64,000 nt of DNA from an uncultured Arcobacter sp. (GCA_965140705.1 OZ223302.1:416001-480000); one strand, 5' to 3'. Shown: positions 31,184 to 42,080, counted from the first letter of the stretch. Notes: a model not told the origin generated them from the sequence alone. Translations and numbers: made by a program.

Positions 31184-32365
31184 TTATATTCCACAAACTT
31201 TTTTTGACTTTGCAAACCGTAAAATCAAATAACCAAAAATACCTGAAAAAAGTGAACCAATTAAAATAGCTAATCTATCAGTATAAAAATATCTTGTATC
31301 ATCTGTAAAAGCTAATGAGTCAATAAACAAACTCATTGTAAAGCCAATACCTGTTAAAACTGCTATTCCATAAATTTGAAGCCAACTTGTACATTTTGGT
31401 ATATTTGCAAGTTTTAGTTTTACAGCTATAAAACTAAAAAGGAAAACACCTAATTGTTTACCGAAGAAAAGTCCCAACATAATACCAAGGGGAACACCAT
31501 GAGTCATTTTAGTAAAATCAATCTCCCTTAAATCTACTCCCGCATTTACAAAGGCAAATAGGGGTAAAATAAAAAAAGCAACCCAATTATGTAAATTATG
31601 CTCCATATGCCTAACAGGTGAATTTATTTTATCATCAGTTTTTGTTTTAAGTGGAATAGCAAAAGCTAAAATAATCCCTGCTAATGTTGCATGAACTCCT
31701 GATTTTAAAACAGTAACCCACAATATAATTCCAACAATAAAATATAAAGAAATAGTTGAAACTTTCATACGATTCATCATAAACAAAATAAAAATTATAA
31801 ATAAAGATACATATAAAACTTCAACTGATAAATTTGATGTATAAAATAAAGCTATGATTACAATTGCACCAATATCATCAATAATTGCTAATGCCATTAA
31901 AAATATTTTTAAAGAGACAGGTACTCTTTTTCCAAGTAGGGATAATATTCCAAGGGAAAATGCAATATCTGTAGCTGTTGGTATTGCCCACCCATTTAAA
32001 GCATTAGAATCATTTTGATTAAAAAAGAAGTATATTAAAGCAGGACAAAGCATCCCTCCAAGAGCAGCAAAAGCTGGCAGGGATACTTTTGACCAAGAGG
32101 ATAGATGCCCTTGTAACAGTTCTCTTTTTATTTCTAAACCTACAACTAAAAAGAATAAAGCCATCAAACCATCATTTATCCATAAATAAAGTGGTTTATC
32201 TATGACTAAATCATTGACAGCAACATGAATAGGAATATGTAGAAAACTGTAGTAATATTCAGAAAGAAAAGAGTTTCTTAAAACCAAGGCAAAGATAGTT
32301 ACAAAGATAAGAATAATTCCCGATGATGTTTCACTCTTCATAAAATTATTGATTAAAATCTTCAT
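31184..32365 (-). CDS. nhaA: Na+/H+ antiporter NhaA
   Basis: WINDGLMALFF, GLEIKRE, GWAIPTATDIAF, LAIIDDIGA, SGVHATLAG, GIGFTMSLFI. Confidence 0.96.
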   Translation of the reverse strand: MKILINNFMKSETSSGIILIFVTIFALVLRNSFLSEYYYSFLHIPIHVAVNDLVIDKPLYLWINDGLMALFFLVVGLEIKRELLQGHLSSWSKVSLPAFAALGGMLCPALIYFFFNQNDSNALNGWAIPTATDIAFSLGILSLLGKRVPVSLKIFLMALAIIDDIGAIVIIALFYTSNLSVEVLYVSLFIIFILFMMNRMKVSTISLYFIVGIILWVTVLKSGVHATLAGIILAFAIPLKTKTDDKINSPVRHMEHNLHNWVAFFILPLFAFVNAGVDLREIDFTKMTHGVPLGIMLGLFFGKQLGVFLFSFIAVKLKLANIPKCTSWLQIYGIAVLTGIGFTMSLFIDSLAFTDDTRYFYTDRLAILIGSLFSGIFGYLILRFAKSKKVCGI

Positions 32366-32380
32366 AACTATTCCTTTAAA

Positions 32381-33691
32381 CTATTTAACTATTTTCCTTA
32401 ATTGGTAAGTTATATCTCCAGCACCAACACCTACAACTATGCCTTCATTATATGTTTTTAAAACTTTATTATCTTTTATAATATCAATTGCACAATTTTT
32501 TGCAAGTATTTTATCAGCAAAGATTGGATTATACTGCTTAAATGTTTCAACAAAATCTATCTCTAAAACATGTTCTCCAGGAATAGTCCAAATTGGTAAT
32601 ATTACTAATTCATCGCATCCTTTAAAACATCTTTTAAAACCTTCAAGGTTATCAAAAGTTCTGCTATATTTGTGTGGTTGCCAGATGATTACTCTTTTTT
32701 TAAGATTTTTAAGATTATCATAAAGCTCAACTGATTTTATAGTAGCTTCTATTTCTGTTGGATGATGTGCATAATCATCTATTAAAACAAATTTTTCACA
32801 CTTTTGCAAAATATCAAATCTTTTTTTAATTCCCTTATAGTTTTTAAGATTTGTTCTTATTTGTTCAACATCAAGCTCATTTAAAGCAGCTAATACAGCT
32901 AAAGAAGTATTAACAGCAATATGATAACCAAAGCCCCAAACTTCAAAATATCCTAAATCTTTTAGCTCAAATTTTGTATAAGGTTCATCATCTTGTAAAA
33001 TATAAGAAATATTTTTTATATCAACACTTGGATAAAGTTCAGTTGCATCCTCTATGCCAAGTTTTTTAATATATTCATCTTCTGCATTTATAACTTTTTT
33101 TGTTCCAAGATTTATGAACTTTTTGTATGTATCAAAAAATTTCTCATAATCATAATTATAATATTCCATATGCTCTGGTTCAGCATTTGTAACAATTGAA
33201 CAATAAGGATTTGAAAGTATAAAACTAGCATCACTCTCATCAGCTTCAAAGGCTACTATTCCATTTTTATATCTAAAGTTTGAACCAAAATCTTTTGATA
33301 TTGCTCCAATTATTGCTGTACAATCTAAAATAGAAGCTAAAATAGATGTGGTAGTTGACTTTCCATGAGCTCCTGCTACACAATAATTTTTTCTATCTCC
33401 AAGAACTATTGGCAAAGCCTCTTTTCTTGATAATGTTCTTATTTGTCTAATTCTTGATTCTATTAATTCAGGATTTTCATCAGTTACTGCTGCTGAATAT
33501 ATTACTATCTCTGGATCTTTTATATTTGAAGCACTTTGAGGAGAATAAACTTTTACTCCTTCAGCCTTTAATTCATCTGTAATTGGTGTTTCTTTCATGT
33601 CTGAACCACTAACTTCATGACCACTATGTTTTAAAAATCTTGCTAAGGCAGAAAGACCTATTCCACCAATTCCTATAAAATGTATTTTCAT
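32381..33691 (-). CDS. murC: UDP-N-acetylmuramate--L-alanine ligase
   Basis: IHFIGIGGIGLS, GAHGKSTT, EADESD, DDYAHHPTEI, QPHKYSR. Confidence 0.95.
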   Translation of the reverse strand: MKIHFIGIGGIGLSALARFLKHSGHEVSGSDMKETPITDELKAEGVKVYSPQSASNIKDPEIVIYSAAVTDENPELIESRIRQIRTLSRKEALPIVLGDRKNYCVAGAHGKSTTTSILASILDCTAIIGAISKDFGSNFRYKNGIVAFEADESDASFILSNPYCSIVTNAEPEHMEYYNYDYEKFFDTYKKFINLGTKKVINAEDEYIKKLGIEDATELYPSVDIKNISYILQDDEPYTKFELKDLGYFEVWGFGYHIAVNTSLAVLAALNELDVEQIRTNLKNYKGIKKRFDILQKCEKFVLIDDYAHHPTEIEATIKSVELYDNLKNLKKRVIIWQPHKYSRTFDNLEGFKRCFKGCDELVILPIWTIPGEHVLEIDFVETFKQYNPIFADKILAKNCAIDIIKDNKVLKTYNEGIVVGVGAGDITYQLRKIVK

Positions 33692-33692
33692 C

Positions 33693-34271
33693 TTAAGCCA
33701 ATAAATATTTTAAATTTTCATATTCTGTATCTAGAACCGCACTATTTTCTTCTAAAAACTCTTTTGTTTTAAAATTAAATGAAACAATAAAATAACCATA
33801 CTTTTCATCTACAGCAGTTGTTGAATTATTTACATTTTCTTCATAAAACTTATCCAAATCAAAATCTTTTGAACAAGCAATTAAGTGCACATTTAAAGCG
33901 TTACATAAAAGTTCATCTTCTATAATATTTGATAAAACAAAAAATAACTCTTTTGCACCCTTTAAATCATTATAGCTCCATTTTTCAATAGCATGCTCAT
34001 AAAATGCTCTAGTGTAATAAAGTCCATCACTTTCTAAAGTTATTTTTTTGCCACTATTTACTATATCTTCTACATTTTCAAAAGAGATTTTTAAAATATT
34101 TTCATAAACAGTATTTATCTTTTCCTCATCTAAATCCAAAATTAATAAAGAATCTAAAACTTCATAAAGTGCAGAGATATTTTTGCTCTGTATTGCATCC
34201 TCTTTTGTTTTTTCCAAATAGTTTAAGAACTCTGGGTTCGTTCTAGCTTCGTGCAACTCTTCATTAGTCAT
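33693..34271 (-). CDS. Hypothetical acidic helical protein
   Basis: 192-aa ORF tightly packed between dapC and murC. Confidence 0.75.
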   Translation of the reverse strand: MTNEELHEARTNPEFLNYLEKTKEDAIQSKNISALYEVLDSLLILDLDEEKINTVYENILKISFENVEDIVNSGKKITLESDGLYYTRAFYEHAIEKWSYNDLKGAKELFFVLSNIIEDELLCNALNVHLIACSKDFDLDKFYEENVNNSTTAVDEKYGYFIVSFNFKTKEFLEENSAVLDTEYENLKYLLA

Positions 34272-35394
34272 TCATAAAATCCTTCAATCTGTTTAATACC
34301 TCTTTTGTTTTTTGTTCATTTTCAACTAAGGCAATTCTTACATAACCTTGTCCTATCCCTTCTCTTCCTAAGAAACTTCCAGGTAATACTTTTATATTTT
34401 TTTCTTTATATAATCTTTTAGTAAATTCCAATTCATCACCAACTTTTAGCCAAATATAAAAAGTCGCTTGTGGCATATCAAGTCCCAAAATCTCATGTGC
34501 CAATTCAAAATTCTTTTTATAAGTATCCCTAAAAACTTGCACATGTTCTTGCTCACTCCAAGCAGTTGCAGCTGCATATTGTAAAGGAATAGGTGCGGCA
34601 CACCCTATATATGTTCTATATTTCATATAATCTTTTAAAATCTCTGCATCACCTGCAATAAATCCACTTCTTAGACCTGGGGCACTACTTCTTTTTGAAA
34701 TAGAGTTAAGAACAAGTACATTTTTAAACTCACTATTTCCTGCATAAATACTTGCTTCTAAAAGTGAGCAGGGTTTGTTTTTTTCATCAAAATATATTTC
34801 AGAATAACACTCATCATTTATCAAAACAAAATCAAACTCTAAAGCTTTTTTAACCCATAAAGATAGTTCTTCTTTACTCATATTTGCAGCTGTTGGATTA
34901 TTTGGATAATTTAATACGACTAAATCACATTTTTTTAGTGTTTCATCATCCAAAATTGCTTTATAATCATTCTCTTTTGTTAAATTTATATGAACAACTT
35001 CTGCCCTACTTGCAATTGCAGCACCTTCATATATTTGATAAAAAGGATTTGTAAAAGCAATTGTTGGATTAGCTTTATCAAACAAATAAAACTGAGGGAA
35101 GTTAAATAAAACTTCCCTTGTACCAAAACAAGGAATAATTTGATTTTGTTCTAATCTTACATCAAATCTTTTATTTACAAACTCAATCATTGATTCAGTT
35201 AAAAAGTTCTCACCTGCAGTTTTAGGATAATTTCTTAAAAATTTAGTATGATTAGCTAAACTGTCTTGGATAAATTGTGGTGTTTCAAACTGAGGTTCAC
35301 CAATAGTTAAAGCACTTGCTTCGTATGAGCTATTTGGCTCAATTCCATCTAATAATTCATTTAATTTCTCAAAAGGATATTTTTCAAATACCAT
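34264..35394 (-). CDS. dapC: N-succinyldiaminopimelate aminotransferase
   Basis: FEKYPFEKL, LTIGEPQF, GTREVLF, NPFYQIYEGAA, DECYSEIY, SISKRSSAPGLRSG. Confidence 0.88.
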   Translation of the reverse strand: MVFEKYPFEKLNELLDGIEPNSSYEASALTIGEPQFETPQFIQDSLANHTKFLRNYPKTAGENFLTESMIEFVNKRFDVRLEQNQIIPCFGTREVLFNFPQFYLFDKANPTIAFTNPFYQIYEGAAIASRAEVVHINLTKENDYKAILDDETLKKCDLVVLNYPNNPTAANMSKEELSLWVKKALEFDFVLINDECYSEIYFDEKNKPCSLLEASIYAGNSEFKNVLVLNSISKRSSAPGLRSGFIAGDAEILKDYMKYRTYIGCAAPIPLQYAAATAWSEQEHVQVFRDTYKKNFELAHEILGLDMPQATFYIWLKVGDELEFTKRLYKEKNIKVLPGSFLGREGIGQGYVRIALVENEQKTKEVLNRLKDFMND

Positions 35395-35415
35395 CTCTTA
35401 CCTTCTTACCTTTAT

Positions 35416-36840
35416 TTAATTTTCTACTACAGGAATTAGTAGTTGATTGTTTTCTTTTATATCAAAAGACAATAAATCAGAATTTGTATAGAAAAGTCTA
35501 TTAAGTTTTCTTCTTAAAAACATATCTTTTTTAAGTGGCAAAATCTGAAGTATATTTTTTTGATTTTTTAACTCTCTTATTGGATTTTTTTCTTTAGAAA
35601 TGATTTCAACTTTTTGTCCAAATATTTTTGCCAAGTTTTCAAAGTGATCTAAGATATAAGATTTATCAGATTGTCCAGTTGGGTCCATATTAAATATTTT
35701 TGTTCTAAGTTTTAATTGACTTGAAACATCAAATATTATTGGAGATATTTGTTCATATGATTTTGTATCATTCAATAAAATTATACTATTTTTTATAGTT
35801 GTTATATCACCTAAACCTGTTTTTAAAATAGGTATTCTAAGATCCACAAGTTTAGAGATTCCCTCTTTGTTTTTAAATAATTCATATGAAATCATCATAA
35901 GACCAATATCAAATGTTTTTAAATCCTTTTTCAATAACGCATCAAAACCAGAGTTTCCATAATCTATTTCAATAATAAGATTGTTAACATCACCTAATTC
36001 ATTTTTAATAAATCCCATTAAATCAACAGTTGTAGGTCTTGTAATTCTTAGTATTAGTTTTTGGTTTTTTATTACTTGATTTAAATATTTTACCTCAACA
36101 ACACATTTTTTAACTGTCTCTATAGTTTGTAAATATAAATCTAAATACAAATACAAATTATGCCCAAATGGCATTGGGAATTGCCCTTGTGTTTTTCCTA
36201 TTGCATTATATACTTGCATTAAAACTTCAGGTTTTCCTATTACCAAAATAACATCATTTGGTTTTAATATAAGAGAAGGTTTGATTTTTATCATTTGTTG
36301 TTTTCTATACAAGCCAAAAATTTTCCACTCTCGCTGTTCGATTGAGCCTATATATCTATATGCATATGAACTACCAAATGGAATTCTAATTTCCATTATT
36401 TCACCTTGCTTTAAACCTATATTTTGAGCAACAACTGGGATATTTGGAAGTCTTTCAACCATTCCATTAGCAAGAACATCTATTCCTTTATAAATATTTA
36501 TATGCTGATCTGATAAATCTATTCCCCAATAATCCAAAATACTCATTTGCATTTTTGGTTTTTCTTCTTTAATATTTTTAATTACATTTAACATTTCATC
36601 TTTTGAATTAAGTGCAATAAGGGCTTGAACATGAATATCTTTATCTAAAACCATTGCTAGTTTTGATTTAGAAGTAGGATCAAATTTAAAAAATGTGAAA
36701 TTTGAAGGTCTTTTTTCAGGAATGATGGCTTCATTCATATAAACAACATCGTATGAGTTATCACCAGTATTTGTCTCGATGACTCTTTGAAGAAGTTTTT
36801 TAGCAACAATACCGTCTAATATAATTAATATCTTTTTCAT
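35416..36840 (-). CDS. COG3400 family protein with TrkA-C domain
   Basis: FDPTSKSKL, AQNIGLKQGEIMEIRIPFGSSYAYR, GQFPMPFG. Confidence 0.85.
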   Translation of the reverse strand: MKKILIILDGIVAKKLLQRVIETNTGDNSYDVVYMNEAIIPEKRPSNFTFFKFDPTSKSKLAMVLDKDIHVQALIALNSKDEMLNVIKNIKEEKPKMQMSILDYWGIDLSDQHINIYKGIDVLANGMVERLPNIPVVAQNIGLKQGEIMEIRIPFGSSYAYRYIGSIEQREWKIFGLYRKQQMIKIKPSLILKPNDVILVIGKPEVLMQVYNAIGKTQGQFPMPFGHNLYLYLDLYLQTIETVKKCVVEVKYLNQVIKNQKLILRITRPTTVDLMGFIKNELGDVNNLIIEIDYGNSGFDALLKKDLKTFDIGLMMISYELFKNKEGISKLVDLRIPILKTGLGDITTIKNSIILLNDTKSYEQISPIIFDVSSQLKLRTKIFNMDPTGQSDKSYILDHFENLAKIFGQKVEIISKEKNPIRELKNQKNILQILPLKKDMFLRRKLNRLFYTNSDLLSFDIKENNQLLIPVVEN

Positions 36841-36846
36841 TAAGAT

Positions 36847-36860
36847 ATTATATCTAAAAC
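36847..36860 (-). promoter_or_regulatory. Sigma70 -10 promoter of COG3400 gene (probably leaderless)
   Basis: Minus strand GTTTTAGATATAAT, 6 nt before the ATG, no SD. Confidence 0.55.
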
Positions 36861-36879
36861 TTCTAAAGATTAATTTTAT

Positions 36880-37758
36880 TTACTTTTTGAGCCTAAAATA
36901 CTCGAGATAGAAATCATTTAAGTTTTTGAGTTTAGGATCATTATTTTTAAAAAAATATACTTTTTTTACATTTGCAAAGGCAAATACTCTTAACTTATCA
37001 TCTTTATTTGCAAAATCTTCATTCATTATCTTTGAAAACGCATAAAAATCATTATTTAAATCTTTTCTAGTGAAACCAATGCCAGTTAAAAAAATCCGTT
37101 TTGATTCTTTTATTATTTCAACTTGTTTTTTTATTTGTGGGTTTATTCTAATCATAGAATCATATAAATCTTTTGTAACAACAGAAATACAATCTTTTTG
37201 AAAAAATACTTTTAATAAATTTTTACTTGCTTTTTGTTCATTTATTAACTTTTTTAAAATAGTTTCTTTATTTATATTATTCTTATATATCAGGTACTCT
37301 AGCCAGATTTTTTGTGATTGGTCATTATAATAAATATTTTTAATATTTTTACTACCAAAATTAGACTCTGCATTTATATTTTTGATTAAATAATATTGAT
37401 CAAATATTTCAGCAGATTGGCTCATTCCCCATACATAATCTTTATATTTATCAATAAGTTTTTTATTTTTATAATAAAATTCTGGATCAATAACTATATT
37501 AGTGACTTTTTTATCTACATAGTCATTTAATAGTTTTTTACCATCTTGATAAAATTTTATTTTAAATTTATGTCCATATTTCTTATCTGTTATCTGTTTT
37601 AGAAAAACTTTTACTGCAATTTCTGCTTTATTTTTATCTTCAAAAATTTTTTTATATAATATTCCTACTATTATGCTTTCATGAGCAACTAGTGTTGTCG
37701 AAAACATAAATAAAAAAAATATTATTATAAATATCTTATGCAAGAATATTTTTCTCAC
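36880..37758 (-). CDS. PhnD/SsuA-like periplasmic substrate-binding protein (divergent)
   Basis: Signal peptide; QYYLI, KIWLEYL, KASKNLLKVFFQK..VVTK..YDSMIRINPQIKKQV motifs resemble kinase-associated PhnD-type binding proteins. Confidence 0.55.
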   Translation of the reverse strand: MRKIFLHKIFIIIFFLFMFSTTLVAHESIIVGILYKKIFEDKNKAEIAVKVFLKQITDKKYGHKFKIKFYQDGKKLLNDYVDKKVTNIVIDPEFYYKNKKLIDKYKDYVWGMSQSAEIFDQYYLIKNINAESNFGSKNIKNIYYNDQSQKIWLEYLIYKNNINKETILKKLINEQKASKNLLKVFFQKDCISVVTKDLYDSMIRINPQIKKQVEIIKESKRIFLTGIGFTRKDLNNDFYAFSKIMNEDFANKDDKLRVFAFANVKKVYFFKNNDPKLKNLNDFYLEYFRLKK

Positions 37759-39253
37759 TTATTGGTAAACTAATAGTAAAAACTGCACCAACTTTACTAT
37801 TTTCAACTTCTAATTTACCATGCATATTCTGTTCTATTATAACTTTTGACATATATAAACCTATTCCTGTTCCTTGACTTTTATGTTTAGTCGTAAAATA
37901 GGGATCAAAAATCTTTTTAATTACATTACTTTTTATCCCCCCAGCATTATCTTCTATTTTTAAGCATACATAATTATCTTTTTCAAAAAAGTAAATTTTT
38001 ATTTTAGGCTCTTTAATTTGATTTAATACAATTGCATCTTTTGCATTAGATAAAATATTTAATAGGGCTTGAGAATATTCATTTGATATTCCATATGCTT
38101 TTTTATCTGTAGTGTAATTTTTTTCTATTTTTATAAAATGAAAATCAAAAGTATCTTTAACTAATTGTAAAGAGTCTTCAACTTTTTGTTTTACATCAAA
38201 ATAATCTTTTTCTTTGTCTTTTTTAAAGAAATTTCTAAAATCATCAATTGTTTTTGATAGATAATTAGATGAGTTAATTATTCCACTAAGTTTTTCTATT
38301 TCAGATTTATTATCATCTGTTATACCAAGTTCTTTAATTAATTTCATTCCACTTGCTGTTGTTGTTATTACAGAAAGAGGTTGTCTCCATTGATGTGCAA
38401 TATTTCCTATCATTTCTCCCATTGCAGCTAGTCTTGATTGTTGAAGCAATAGAGCTTCTCGTCTAAAGCCTTTTTCAATCTCACTTTTTAATTGTTTATT
38501 TGATCTTTTTAATTGTTTGTGGGAAAGTTCTATTTTATGAATCATCTTATTAAAAGAGTTTGCTAATTCTCCAATTTCATCATCACTTTCATAACTACTT
38601 CTAAGTTCGAATTGCCCTTTTGAAATATTCTTTGTAATCTCATTTAAATGAATAATAGGTTCAGAAAATATTTTTGCAATAATATAGGATAAAAATATAG
38701 TTACTAAAAAAATTAATAAAAAAAGCATTATAAAATTTCCATACATGTTTTCTATCAATTTATTATATTTATCCAAAGAGATACTAATATGTAACCAACC
38801 CCAATTTGTATTAGAAAAAACTATTGGATAGACATAATGAAATACCCTTTCTTTTAATATTGGTGAATAAATTATTTTATAATTAGGTACATTTTTCTCT
38901 AACTTTGTATATATATCATCAATCTTATTTTCAGAAGACCAAGCATCTTTTCTTATTACATAATTTCTCTCATTTGTTTTTGAAAATATTATTGATTTTA
39001 TTGTTTCATCTTTTTTCATAAAATTTCTTGAATAATCTAAAATTTTATAACCATCATTTAATATAATTCCATCAGTATTTACATAAACAATTATATTTGC
39101 CATAGAATTAGCTTCTAAACTTAAAGACTTTAAAATCTCTTTTTTTTGACTAAAAAACATATATACATAAAAAATTAAACTAAAAAGCATTATTGTTAAA
39201 AATATTACTTTAAAAATTTTGATTAAAATCTTATTATTTTTAAAAAAATGCAT
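37736..39253 (-). CDS. HAMP-containing sensor histidine kinase
   Basis: Two TMs, HAMP (DEIGELANSFNKM), MGEMIGNIAHQWRQPL H-box, NAKDA, DNAGGI, FTTK, GTGIGL; ATG 39253 has an AGGGAAGG SD. Confidence 0.92.
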   Translation of the reverse strand: MHFFKNNKILIKIFKVIFLTIMLFSLIFYVYMFFSQKKEILKSLSLEANSMANIIVYVNTDGIILNDGYKILDYSRNFMKKDETIKSIIFSKTNERNYVIRKDAWSSENKIDDIYTKLEKNVPNYKIIYSPILKERVFHYVYPIVFSNTNWGWLHISISLDKYNKLIENMYGNFIMLFLLIFLVTIFLSYIIAKIFSEPIIHLNEITKNISKGQFELRSSYESDDEIGELANSFNKMIHKIELSHKQLKRSNKQLKSEIEKGFRREALLLQQSRLAAMGEMIGNIAHQWRQPLSVITTTASGMKLIKELGITDDNKSEIEKLSGIINSSNYLSKTIDDFRNFFKKDKEKDYFDVKQKVEDSLQLVKDTFDFHFIKIEKNYTTDKKAYGISNEYSQALLNILSNAKDAIVLNQIKEPKIKIYFFEKDNYVCLKIEDNAGGIKSNVIKKIFDPYFTTKHKSQGTGIGLYMSKVIIEQNMHGKLEVENSKVGAVFTISLPISEKNILA

Positions 39254-39263
39254 ACCTTCCCTT

Positions 39264-40718
39264 TTATAACTTATTACTAATTTCTTTTCCAACTAATTTA
39301 TCAATTGTAGCTAATGATATTAAATAATTATGAACACTTTTTAAATACTGCGTTTTTACAAATATCTCCATAATCAAAGATTGAACTAAATCACTAGCTT
39401 TTACCATCTCATATTTATAAGCATCAAAATTAGTTTTGCTACTTTCATAAGCTATTTTTGAAGATTCTTTTAAGTTCATTATCTCTTTATAGCCATAAGA
39501 ACTTTTCAAAAACTCATTTTTTAATTGTACAGCTATCATATTTTTTATTAAGTATTTTTGCTCATTTGTGATTTTTTTATCGATTTTACTCTCTATAATT
39601 CTATTTTTTGTTTTAAAACCATTGAATAAAGGTATTTTAACTACAACCCCTAAACTCCATCTATTTTTATTGTCTTGACTCAAATATCCATATTTATATG
39701 AGTTATATGTATGACTTACATTACCAAAAAGATTCACCATTGGATAATCTTCTGATTTTGCTTCTTTGATTTTCTCATCTTTAATTTTCAATGCCAAATT
39801 TATACTATTTATATCAGGATTTAAAGTACTTGCTTCTTCAACTAGTTTTTGTATATTATTTTTTTGTTCTAAGATTTTTGATTTATCATAGATAATTTTA
39901 ATTTTATCATCATATTGTAAACCAACTAAACTTCCAATAGCACTTTCTAACATCTTTTTATTAAGTTCTAATTTTGTTAAACTTGATTTTAATAAAGAGT
40001 TTAATAATCTTATATTTAAATAATCTGTTCTTTTTATTTTTAAATCTGTTCCTTTATCTAAAAATTCTTTTGTTAACTCTTCACTTAGGCTCATATTTTT
40101 ATAAACACTCTTCAGTAACTTATATAGTTCGTCAGTTAATATGTATCCATAAAAATATTGTTTTACATCAAATACAATGTTATTTTCACTTCTAACTATT
40201 GCCTCTTTTTTAACATATTTATTTAGTCTTGCTTGTTCAATTATTGAAGATATTTTACCACCTGTATAAAGTGGATAGTTAAATTCAACTTGACCTCTTA
40301 CAGTATCTCTTCCCTTCGCAACTGTATTAATGTCAGCATTCAAAGTTCCTGTTGAAAAAGAGCTTGCTGGTTGGGCATTAATTGCTGCTTGTGCAGCTGC
40401 TTGATTTGCTGTTGGTAAAGATAAAGTATTTGCCAAAGCAAATAGTTTTGTTGTTTCGGGAGACAGAGTAAATACACCTCTTTGTTCAAAAATGGTATCT
40501 TTATCATCTCTATTTGCATATAGTATTGTATCTATTGTTGGATAGTTTGCACTAAGTGCTTGTTCATATTGGGCTTTTGCAATTTCAAGATTAAATCTTG
40601 AAATTTTATTTAACCCATTATTTTGTAAAGCTAAGTCAATAGCTTGTTGTAAATTTAAAGTAATCTCCTTTGAATAAACACTAGAGATAAAAAGAATACA
40701 TAAAATAATCATTTTCAT
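39264..40718 (-). CDS. TolC-family outer membrane channel
   Basis: Signal peptide, LNLQQAIDLALQNN, YPLYTGGK, VKQYFY, YPMVNL, IPLFNGF, ATIDKLVG. Confidence 0.88.
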   Translation of the reverse strand: MKMIILCILFISSVYSKEITLNLQQAIDLALQNNGLNKISRFNLEIAKAQYEQALSANYPTIDTILYANRDDKDTIFEQRGVFTLSPETTKLFALANTLSLPTANQAAAQAAINAQPASSFSTGTLNADINTVAKGRDTVRGQVEFNYPLYTGGKISSIIEQARLNKYVKKEAIVRSENNIVFDVKQYFYGYILTDELYKLLKSVYKNMSLSEELTKEFLDKGTDLKIKRTDYLNIRLLNSLLKSSLTKLELNKKMLESAIGSLVGLQYDDKIKIIYDKSKILEQKNNIQKLVEEASTLNPDINSINLALKIKDEKIKEAKSEDYPMVNLFGNVSHTYNSYKYGYLSQDNKNRWSLGVVVKIPLFNGFKTKNRIIESKIDKKITNEQKYLIKNMIAVQLKNEFLKSSYGYKEIMNLKESSKIAYESSKTNFDAYKYEMVKASDLVQSLIMEIFVKTQYLKSVHNYLISLATIDKLVGKEISNKL

Positions 40719-40845
40719 AAAATAATAAGCCTTTTTAAAAAGTTATTATTTTAACATAACTATTATTACAATATAAAAACATCGCTAAAATACTTGTTAA
40801 TTTAACTTTAGATATAATCACATTTTTAAAAGGAACATAATTATA

Positions 40846-41976
40846 ATGCAGTTTAATATAGATGGAAAATCTTTTCACAAAACAAGAGCTTGTACAATTA
40901 AAACAGCTCACAGTACAATACAAACACCTGTGTTTATGCCAGTTGGAACCCAAGCTACTGTAAAAGCTTTAGATGCCAATGATATGCTTAGCCTTGGAGC
41001 AAAAATAATATTAGGAAATACTTACCACTTATATTTAAGACCAGGAAGTAAAATAATTAAAAAATTTGGTGGACTTCATGGGTTTTCAAAATTCCCAAAC
41101 TCTTTTTTAACTGATTCTGGTGGTTTTCAAGCTTTCTCATTAGGGGATAATTCAAAACCTGATGAAAATGGAATCATGTTTAAATCACACATTGATGGTA
41201 GTCGTCACTACTTTACACCTGAAAGTGTTCTAGATACTCAATATGAATTGGGTTCAGATATTATGATGATTTTAGATGATTTAGTGGCACTTCCTAATAC
41301 AAAAGAGAGAATCAAAAAATCAATTGAAAGAACTACAGATTGGGCAAAAAAGGCAATAACTTATCATAAATCACAACAAGAAAAAGGTATAGGAGTAGAT
41401 CAAAATATCTTTGCTATTATTCAAGGTGGAACAGACAAAGAGTTTAGAAAATTAAGTGCCCAACAACTTTGTTCATTAACAGACTTTGATGGTTTTGCCA
41501 TAGGAGGATTAAGTGTTGGTGAGCCAAATGTTGATATGTATGAAACAGTTGAGTGGACAACTGATTTTATGCCGCAAGATAAACCTAGATATCTTATGGG
41601 TGTTGGGACACCAGAAGATTTAATAGAAAATATTGAGCGTGGTGTTGATATGTTTGATTGTGTAATGCCCACAAGAAATGCAAGAAATGGTTCATTATTT
41701 ACAACATATGGGAAAATAGCAATTAAAAATGCAAAATTTAAAGAAGACTTTGAGCCAATTGACCCAGCTTGTGAATGTTATACTTGTAAAAACTTTACAA
41801 AAGCATATTTAAACCATCTATTTAAAGTAGGTGAAATCACATACTATAGACTTGCGACTCTACATAATATCCATTACTATTTAACCCTTATGAGAGAAGC
41901 TAGAGAAGCAATTTTAGCTGATAATTGGCTTGAGTTTAAAAAAGAATTTTATAAAAAAAGAGGCGTTGAGATTTAA
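40846..41976 (+). CDS. tgt: Queuine tRNA-ribosyltransferase
   Basis: [53 protein letters not shown]. Confidence 0.97.
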   Translation: MQFNIDGKSFHKTRACTIKTAHSTIQTPVFMPVGTQATVKALDANDMLSLGAKIILGNTYHLYLRPGSKIIKKFGGLHGFSKFPNSFLTDSGGFQAFSLGDNSKPDENGIMFKSHIDGSRHYFTPESVLDTQYELGSDIMMILDDLVALPNTKERIKKSIERTTDWAKKAITYHKSQQEKGIGVDQNIFAIIQGGTDKEFRKLSAQQLCSLTDFDGFAIGGLSVGEPNVDMYETVEWTTDFMPQDKPRYLMGVGTPEDLIENIERGVDMFDCVMPTRNARNGSLFTTYGKIAIKNAKFKEDFEPIDPACECYTCKNFTKAYLNHLFKVGEITYYRLATLHNIHYYLTLMREAREAILADNWLEFKKEFYKKRGVEI

Positions 41977-42080
41977 TCTTATTAACCCCCAACAAAACTC
42001 TTTTTAGATATAATCCAAAAAATTAAAAGTAGACAAATATTTTAGGTCCCTTTAAAAGGGTACCTTTTAAAGGAAAGAAA

